Part shown: in pieces, positions 57,922-64,000 of the stretch
How the letters are laid out: the number at the start of each line of letters is the position of its first letter
Position numbering within the stretch: the first letter of the stretch is position 1
NCBI GenBank assembly: GCA_039000985.1
Contig: JAWBMD010000001.1
Coordinates: 1,877-65,876 of the forward strand
DNA length: 64,000 nt
Origin: Candidatus Aenigmatarchaeota archaeon
Lineage (GTDB): Archaea > Aenigmatarchaeota > Aenigmatarchaeia > CG10238-14 > SpSt-28
Direction: 5' to 3'
Program-made: the position numbers and the translations under genes
Notes under the pieces: generated by a model
The model's database searches: none
Told to the model about the DNA's origin: nothing
What the model saw: the letters and a program-made list of their open reading frames with translations, nothing else

Positions 57922-58349
57922 AATTAATTAAAAAAAATGTGGCAATTTATGTCGATGGTCCAAATTTTCTAAGAAAAGAATATAATGTAGATTTATCAGA
58001 AATAAAAAAAATAGGCAAAAAATATGGAAGAATAGTAATAGCTAGAGTTTTTGTTAATCAATTTGCTCCGCAAAAATTGATTGAAGCTATAGTAAATGAA
58101 GGGTTTGAATGTTTAACATTTTTATCTGAAAGAGAAGAGGCTGATATAGATGTACCTTTAGCTGTTGATGCATTAGAAGTGGCTTTAACTAAAAATATTG
58201 ATGTTTTTGTTTTTTGTACTAGAGATACGGATTTTTTCTCTTTGATAAAAAAAATTAAAGGTTATGGAAAAACTGTAGTTATAGTTGGTTTAGAAAACGA
58301 TATTCCAGCATCTTTAAAAAATTCTGCAGATTTCTTAGAATTTTTATGA
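57918..58349 (+). CDS. NYN domain protein (TIGR00288-like)
   Basis: VDGPNFLRKE, DIDV.LAVDA, RDTDF, GK.V, AD. Confidence 0.9.
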   Translation: MKLIKKNVAIYVDGPNFLRKEYNVDLSEIKKIGKKYGRIVIARVFVNQFAPQKLIEAIVNEGFECLTFLSEREEADIDVPLAVDALEVALTKNIDVFVFCTRDTDFFSLIKKIKGYGKTVVIVGLENDIPASLKNSADFLEFL

Positions 58350-60352
58350 AGAAAAGAGTTTTAGTTCTTTGTGCTTTACCATATACGAACAACATTCCAC
58401 ATATAGGAAATATTGTTGGTTCTCATTTACCAGCGGATATATTTGCTAGATTTTGTAGAATGAAAGGTTATGAAGTTTTATTTGTTGGAGGAGCAGATGA
58501 AAATGGTAGTACTTCAGAAATTGCAGCTAGAGAAATTAATTTAGATGTTAAAAAATTTTTAGATGTTTTGTACTCGCTACACAAAAAAATTTATGATTGG
58601 TTTAACATTTCTTATGATATATTTTCAAGAACAAGCAAAGATATTCATCATGATGTTGTAAAAAAATTTTTCTTGAAAATAAAAGAAAATGGTTTTATTA
58701 GTGAGGGGGAAATGATATTACCATTTTGCGATAATTGTGGAATTTTTCTTACAGATAGATATGTTTATGGCACATGCCCAAATTGTAAATATGAAAATGC
58801 TAGAGGTGATCAGTGTGAAAATTGTGGCAAAATTTTAGATCCAACAGATTTAATAAATCCAAAATGTAAATTATGTGGCAATAAGCCTATATTTAAAAAA
58901 GAAAAGCACTTATTTTTAGATTTAGATAAGCTTGAAAGTAAAGTTAAAGAATGGATAGAAAGTAAAAAAGGAATATGGAGAGAACATGTCATTTCTTATT
59001 CCTTAGGTTGGTTAAAAGATGGATTAAGAAAAAGATGTATAACGAGAGATTTAAAATTGGGTGTAAAAGTTCCTTTAGAAGGATATGAAAACAAAGTTTT
59101 TTATGTTTGGTTTGATGCTCCAATAGGTTATATTTCTTTTACATTAGAAGCTGCTAAAGAAAATTTTGAAAAGTTTTGGAAAGATAAAGATTGTTTAATA
59201 TATAATTTTTTAGGTAAGGATAACATCCCATTTCATACTATATTTTGGCCAGCAATGTTAATGGCAAATGGAGAATACAATTTACCTTATAATGTTGTTG
59301 GTTTAAATTATTGCAATTACGAGGGTTCAAAAATATCTAAAAGCAAAAAATGGGGAATATTTTGTGAAAAAATGATTGAAGAAAATGTTGATGTTGATAT
59401 TTGGAGATATTATTTAATTCATTTAATTCCAGAAAATAGTGATACTGAATTCAAATGGAAAGAGTTCCAAGATAAAGTAAATGGGGAATTAATTGGTAAT
59501 TTAGCAAATTTTGTTTATAGAGTTTTGAGTTTTTTGAAAAGCCATTTTAATGGAAAAATAGATAATTTCAAACTTGGTGATAAAGAAAAGTTTATAATTG
59601 CACAAATTGATTATTTACTTAAAACAATAAATGAAAACTTGGAAGAAGTTAATATAAGAGAAGCTTTTAGGAATGTATTTAAAATTGCTGAAATTGGAAA
59701 TAAATATTTTCAGGAAAATGAACCATGGAATTTATTAAAAACAAATAAAACTAAATGCAAAAGAGTTGTTTTCTTTTCTGCCAACATAGTAAGGATATTA
59801 GCTATTGCTTTATATCCATTTCTTCCAAGAACAGCTGAAAGAATATTTGAGCAATTAAACTTAGAAAAAAATTTTGCTTTTGAAGAAAGATTTGAAGTAA
59901 AGCTTTTTCAGCATACAATAAATGAGCCAAAGATTCTTTTTGAAAAGCTTGATGATAAGAAAATTGAAAAATTGAAAAAATCTTTAACAGAGCCATCTAA
60001 TTTAAAAACTTTTTTTGAAGATGAAAAAAGAATAAGCTTAGATGATTTTTTAAAAGTTAAAATGAGAGTTGGTAAAATTATAAAAGCAGAAAAAGTACCA
60101 AATTCAAAAAAACTTTTAAATCTTTTAGTTGATTTTGGTACTGAAAAAAGGCAAGTTATTAGTGGTATAGGGGAATATTATAAGCCAGAAGAGCTAATAG
60201 ATAAAAAATTTGTTTTCGTTGTTAATTTGGAAAAGAAAAAAATAATGAGTTTAGAAAGTGAGGCAATGATTCTTGCAGCTATTGGTAAAACTGGGAAAAT
60301 TTCTTTAGTTACTGTTGATAAAGATATAGAAGAAGGTTCAGAGATCTATTGA
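58346..60352 (+). CDS. metG: Methionine--tRNA ligase with C-terminal tRNA-binding domain
   Basis: ALPY.N..PHIGN, Zn knuckles, YVWFDAPIGY, GKDNIPFH, KISKS, EMAP-like tail. Confidence 0.96.
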   Translation: MKKRVLVLCALPYTNNIPHIGNIVGSHLPADIFARFCRMKGYEVLFVGGADENGSTSEIAAREINLDVKKFLDVLYSLHKKIYDWFNISYDIFSRTSKDIHHDVVKKFFLKIKENGFISEGEMILPFCDNCGIFLTDRYVYGTCPNCKYENARGDQCENCGKILDPTDLINPKCKLCGNKPIFKKEKHLFLDLDKLESKVKEWIESKKGIWREHVISYSLGWLKDGLRKRCITRDLKLGVKVPLEGYENKVFYVWFDAPIGYISFTLEAAKENFEKFWKDKDCLIYNFLGKDNIPFHTIFWPAMLMANGEYNLPYNVVGLNYCNYEGSKISKSKKWGIFCEKMIEENVDVDIWRYYLIHLIPENSDTEFKWKEFQDKVNGELIGNLANFVYRVLSFLKSHFNGKIDNFKLGDKEKFIIAQIDYLLKTINENLEEVNIREAFRNVFKIAEIGNKYFQENEPWNLLKTNKTKCKRVVFFSANIVRILAIALYPFLPRTAERIFEQLNLEKNFAFEERFEVKLFQHTINEPKILFEKLDDKKIEKLKKSLTEPSNLKTFFEDEKRISLDDFLKVKMRVGKIIKAEKVPNSKKLLNLLVDFGTEKRQVISGIGEYYKPEELIDKKFVFVVNLEKKKIMSLESEAMILAAIGKTGKISLVTVDKDIEEGSEIY

Positions 60353-60757
60353 TTCTATAAATTTAATTGCTTTTTCCAAAACTTTCTTACTATTTTCAAA
60401 TTTTAATAATTTCATTGCTTCTTCATATGTTACCCAGGCATATCCTTTATGTTCAAAGGAAAGTTTTACATCTTTTTCTTCGCTTTCTGCTAAAAAATAT
60501 GAAACAGTTTTTTTGATAGTTTCTTTATTTTTTCTATAAAACCATGTAATAGTTTCTTTAAAAAGTGGATATACCTTTATTTTTTCAATTCCAGTTTCTT
60601 CAGCTAGTTCTCTTTTGGCAGCTAAAAGTTCTGTTTCCCCCTTTTCTATATTACCTCTTGGAAAATCGAAATAATTTTCATATTGGAGAATTAAAAATTT
60701 TGGTTTATTATTTTCTGTTATAAAAAGAATAAAGCCGGCGCTTTTTTCTTCTTTCAC
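60338..60757 (-). CDS. NUDIX hydrolase (Ap4A hydrolase-like)
   Basis: EKSAG, FPRG.IE.GE....AA.RELAEETGI, LS.EH..Y.W. Confidence 0.88.
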   Translation of the reverse strand: MKEEKSAGFILFITENNKPKFLILQYENYFDFPRGNIEKGETELLAAKRELAEETGIEKIKVYPLFKETITWFYRKNKETIKKTVSYFLAESEEKDVKLSFEHKGYAWVTYEEAMKLLKFENSKKVLEKAIKFIESIDL

Positions 60758-61203
60758 AACATTCTTTTAATCAATTTATTAATTTCTATACCTCTATAAC
60801 CCAAATCACCTTTTGGATAAGCTTCTTTTATGCTTTTATATCCTCCTTTTGGAGGTTTTAATGGGAAAACTTTTTTAAATTCTTTTAAATTAGCTTCTTT
60901 TTTTAATAAAGCTTCAGAGAATTTTTCAAAATTTTCATAGCCAGTAATTTCTTTTAATAATTTTTCATCAACAACTTTATTATCTTTTGTTCTAAGTCTT
61001 TTTGATAAAAGTTCTATTAATGTTTCTTTATCTATTTCACCATATGTTACAAAATCTTTAACAACATTTAACATTCCTAAAAAGCTTGTAGAATTATCTA
61101 CTAAAGTGCAACTATTTACTTTTTCAAGCTTTAATAATTTTAATGTATCTCGAATTTTTCTGCTAGCACCTATGCTGCTTCTTACCTTAATTACTGCTAG
61201 CAT
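60754..61203 (-). CDS. rpl30: 50S ribosomal protein uL30
   Basis: AVIKVR, TLKLL.L, GML..VKDFVTYGE, L.PP.GG, GDLGYRG. Confidence 0.95.
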   Translation of the reverse strand: MLAVIKVRSSIGASRKIRDTLKLLKLEKVNSCTLVDNSTSFLGMLNVVKDFVTYGEIDKETLIELLSKRLRTKDNKVVDEKLLKEITGYENFEKFSEALLKKEANLKEFKKVFPLKPPKGGYKSIKEAYPKGDLGYRGIEINKLIKRML

Positions 61204-62173
61204 TTACTATATAGTTTTTAAATGTATTTTCATCTCTAGCTAATAAAACAACTCTGCTAGCATTATCAGTAAGCTTTATTTCATAGTTGCTATAAAAAGA
61301 AATTTGCTTTCCAAATTCTATTAATTCTTCTAATGTAGGCATATTAGTATTTTTCAATCTTTTTCTTGATTCTCCAAGCCAGGCATATCCTTTTAGCTCT
61401 ACAAACATTGGTTTAGACATTTTTATTAAATTCGAGAATCCTTTTGAGTTATGCATATTTAAATCTTTTACACATGTTATTCTAAATATAGTTCTACAAT
61501 TTCTTTTTTCAAATTCTTTCATTAAATTTAAACTTTCTATTACTTTATCTAAAGGATTTTTTATAAATGAGTTTGTTATTTTAATATATTCTTCATTGTT
61601 TGTTGCATAAACACTAATATATAAATTGGTTGGTATAGCATCTTTTTCTAACAATTCTTTTAATCTATTTGGCATAGTTCCGTTCGTTACTAAAAATGCT
61701 GTACAATTTCTCCTTTTTATTTCTTTTATTAGTTCAGCTAAATGAGGATACAAAGTTGGTTCTCCATCCAGGCTTATTGCAAAATGTACAGGATTATTTG
61801 CTTCTTCAAAAGTTTTTTTAGAAGTTTTTGGATTACCACCAAATCCACTAATTAATTCTCTTTGAGCTTTTATTGCTTGCTCAACTATCAATTTAGCGTC
61901 ATCCCATTTATTTTCGTGTTTAAATCTTTCTTCACTAAAACTTCTCCAGCAGAAACCACAACTAAAATTGCAAAAATCTAATGTCGGGGTCATTTGTATA
62001 CATCTATGGGAAGCTATTCCATACCATTTTTTATAACAATTTCTTCCACCTCTTAATGCAGATTTTGTCCATCTACAAATAGAAACAGCGGAATGTAAAT
62101 AATTTCCTATTAGTTTATAATGTGCCCTTTTATATTTGCTAATCCACTCTTCGCTAAATTTTTTTGTTCCCAT
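61187..62173 (-). CDS. taw1: 4-demethylwyosine synthase (radical SAM)
   Basis: HSAV..C.WT, CYK..YGI.SHRC.QMTP, CNFSCGFCWR, AISL.GEPT, ELKGY...GESR. Confidence 0.93.
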   Translation of the reverse strand: MGTKKFSEEWISKYKRAHYKLIGNYLHSAVSICRWTKSALRGGRNCYKKWYGIASHRCIQMTPTLDFCNFSCGFCWRSFSEERFKHENKWDDAKLIVEQAIKAQRELISGFGGNPKTSKKTFEEANNPVHFAISLDGEPTLYPHLAELIKEIKRRNCTAFLVTNGTMPNRLKELLEKDAIPTNLYISVYATNNEEYIKITNSFIKNPLDKVIESLNLMKEFEKRNCRTIFRITCVKDLNMHNSKGFSNLIKMSKPMFVELKGYAWLGESRKRLKNTNMPTLEELIEFGKQISFYSNYEIKLTDNASRVVLLARDENTFKNYIVNASSN

Positions 62174-62202
62174 ATTAAAATATTAATATTAATAAATTAT
62201 TT

Positions 62203-62631
62203 GTGGTTTTCATAAGGGATGTAATGAATAGAGTAGTATTCACATGTGAACCAAATTTAACTGTCGAAAGAGCAGCATCTATAATGGTTGAAAAGGGGAT
62301 AGGTAGTTTAATTGTTGTTGAAAATAATAAATTGATTGGTGTAGTAACAAATAGGGATATAATGAAGGCAGTTGCTAGAGGAGAGGATTTATCAAGATTG
62401 GAGGTAAAAAATATAATGACAAAAAAAGTTATAACTATTTCCCCTTCAAATACTTTAGAAGAGGCTGTTGATTTAATGTTGAAATTTAAAATAAAAAGAT
62501 TGCCAGTAATAGATGGAGATAAGTTAGTGGGTATTGTTACAGTTTCTGATATTATAGTAATAGAGCCAAAAATAATTCAAAGCTTAGCTAGCTTACTATC
62601 AATTAAAATTTCAGGCTATAAAGCTGCTTGA
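62203..62631 (+). CDS. CBS domain pair protein
   Basis: Two CBS repeats (V..IM..., IKRLPV..., GIVT..DI). Confidence 0.92.
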   Translation: MVFIRDVMNRVVFTCEPNLTVERAASIMVEKGIGSLIVVENNKLIGVVTNRDIMKAVARGEDLSRLEVKNIMTKKVITISPSNTLEEAVDLMLKFKIKRLPVIDGDKLVGIVTVSDIIVIEPKIIQSLASLLSIKISGYKAA

Positions 62632-63059
62632 GATTTTTCAATAACTCTAACTAACTCAAAGCTAAGAGTTAAAGGTAAAATTGTTGGTACTTCTAGCAAG
62701 CTTATTACAACTTCTCTTTTTACTGGATCTATTTTTGTTACTTTTCCTTTCTCTCCTTTAAATGGTCCACCTATTATTTCAACTATATCTCCAACATTAA
62801 TTTCTACTTTTTCTTTTTTCACTTCCATGTATTTTTCCAAATCATTTATAGTTATGCTTTGTACAACACCTCTAGCTGGAGGAATTTCTTTTAGTATATC
62901 TAGTAATTGATCTAAATTTCCCTCTACAAAAACATATCCTTTTACTTCTCTAGTAAAGAAAATAGATTTTATATCAAGGTTTCTAGATATTGCCATATTT
63001 TTTATATATTCTGAAACAACAAGCTCTCTTCCAATTGCAACTTTTAAAACGTGAAACAT
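62616..63059 (-). CDS. spt5: Transcription elongation factor Spt5
   Basis: KGYVFVE; KOW GDIVEIIGGPFKGEKGKV. Confidence 0.95.
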   Translation of the reverse strand: MFHVLKVAIGRELVVSEYIKNMAISRNLDIKSIFFTREVKGYVFVEGNLDQLLDILKEIPPARGVVQSITINDLEKYMEVKKEKVEINVGDIVEIIGGPFKGEKGKVTKIDPVKREVVISLLEVPTILPLTLSFELVRVIEKSQAAL

Positions 63060-63461
63060 TTATTTACAACTTGTTTCTTTTTTTAATTGAGGGCATACTT
63101 TGCTAGAAATTGTTAATTTTGAAAAATTATCAACATCAGTATCAATTGTAAAACTTTTCTTTTCTCCAGGTTGTATATCACCTAGATTTTGTACAGAGCC
63201 AGTATAAGTAGCATTTTCTAGTTGTGCTGTTAAATTTGTTAAAGGATTATTCAAATAGTTAAATAGTTTTAAAGAAATTTTATTTCCAATTACTCGACAA
63301 TCATCTATGCTAACATCTATTCCTTCACAAACATTTTTTTCTGTTGTTGGTAATTTTGCTTTAAAAAATCCTATGGCCCAAATAGCTAACAATGCTGAAG
63401 TTGCCATTGTTACACCTATTAACAAAACTGTTGCAACTAATGGAGATATTGCTTTTACCAT
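63060..63461 (-). CDS. Archaeal type IV pilin
   Basis: MVKA|ISPLVATVLLI class III signal peptide. Confidence 0.88.
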   Translation of the reverse strand: MVKAISPLVATVLLIGVTMATSALLAIWAIGFFKAKLPTTEKNVCEGIDVSIDDCRVIGNKISLKLFNYLNNPLTNLTAQLENATYTGSVQNLGDIQPGEKKSFTIDTDVDNFSKLTISSKVCPQLKKETSCK

Positions 63462-63470
63462 AATAATATT

Positions 63471-63713
63471 TTATCTTAAAGTTATAAGAATATAAGTAAC
63501 GTAAAGCATAATTAAAACAATACCAGCTATTATTAGCACTAGTATAAAAACTAAAATTTTGTTTGACGATAAATTACTACAAATTTGTAAAGAAGGATTT
63601 TCTTTGCATTTAGTTGACAATTCTCCAAGTTTATCAAATATAAATAGCCATGTAATAAAACTTATGAATATAATTATTAATCCAAGTAAAACTGGAATTT
63701 TTTTACTAACCAT
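63471..63713 (-). CDS. Small two-TM hypothetical protein
   Basis: Two hydrophobic helices around a C-x7-C loop. Confidence 0.55.
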   Translation of the reverse strand: MVSKKIPVLLGLIIIFISFITWLFIFDKLGELSTKCKENPSLQICSNLSSNKILVFILVLIIAGIVLIMLYVTYILITLR

Positions 63714-63741
63714 AAATTTAATTAACAGATATTTATAAAAT

Positions 63742-64000
63742 ATGGTGAATCCAAGAAATAAACCAGAATTTAAAAGACATATGTATGAAGCTTATAAAAG
63801 AATAGGTGAAAGTTGGAGAAGACCAAGGGGCTTGCATAGTAAAGTTAGAATTGAAAAAAAGGGAAAAATTAGAAAGCCAAAAATAGGTTGGGGCGCACCT
63901 TCCGAATTAAGATATTTACATCCATCTGGCTATAAAGAAGTTTTGGTTAGAAATGTTAAAGATTTAGAAAAAGTTAATAAAGAAAAAGAAGCTATAAGAA
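63742..64000 (+). CDS. rpl32e: 50S ribosomal protein eL32 (3' truncated by window edge)
   Basis: KPEFKR...WRRPRGLHSKVR...PKIGWG...LHPSG..EVLV.N; not in ORF track. Confidence 0.95.
   Translation, partial: MVNPRNKPEFKRHMYEAYKRIGESWRRPRGLHSKVRIEKKGKIRKPKIGWGAPSELRYLHPSGYKEVLVRNVKDLEKVNKEKEAIR

Overview
AT-rich, extremely gene-dense chromosomal segment of a DPANN archaeon. The fused PriS-PriL primase, the PolB type, the K/E/I-rich proteome and scrambled gene order point to Aenigmarchaeota or a close relative (inference, no database search). Most of the window is housekeeping: aIF2 alpha/beta/gamma, aIF1A, aIF5A plus deoxyhypusine synthase, RpoD, RpoF, Spt5, IleRS, MetRS, uL30, eL32, class II RNR, Adk/Tmk/Ndk, SAM synthetase, tRNA-modification enzymes, a Tad/type IV pilus core with dispersed pilins, and four tRNAs (Arg-CCT, Gly-TCC, Gly-CCC, Thr-GGT). 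Two small decaying accessory patches lie at tRNA 3' ends: ~5.5-7.5 kb (direct-repeat-flanked insert plus an MNT-HEPN pseudo-pair) and ~14.4-18.0 kb (HAD, DUF5678, GT2, remnants). Top finding: an operon wHTH -> catalytically dead PolD-DP1-like subunit -> active PolB whose C-terminus carries a PolD-DP2-like Cys4 zinc finger, i.e. a eukaryote-like 'catalytic subunit + B subunit' polymerase. Also notable: every tRNA overlaps or directly abuts a CDS (one contains the stop codon of the RNase P Rpp21 gene), divergent gene spacers cluster at 26-30 nt, and there is a candidate fibre-forming surface operon and a Cys-rich surface metalloprotease pair. No CRISPR, rRNA, transposase or integrase was seen.
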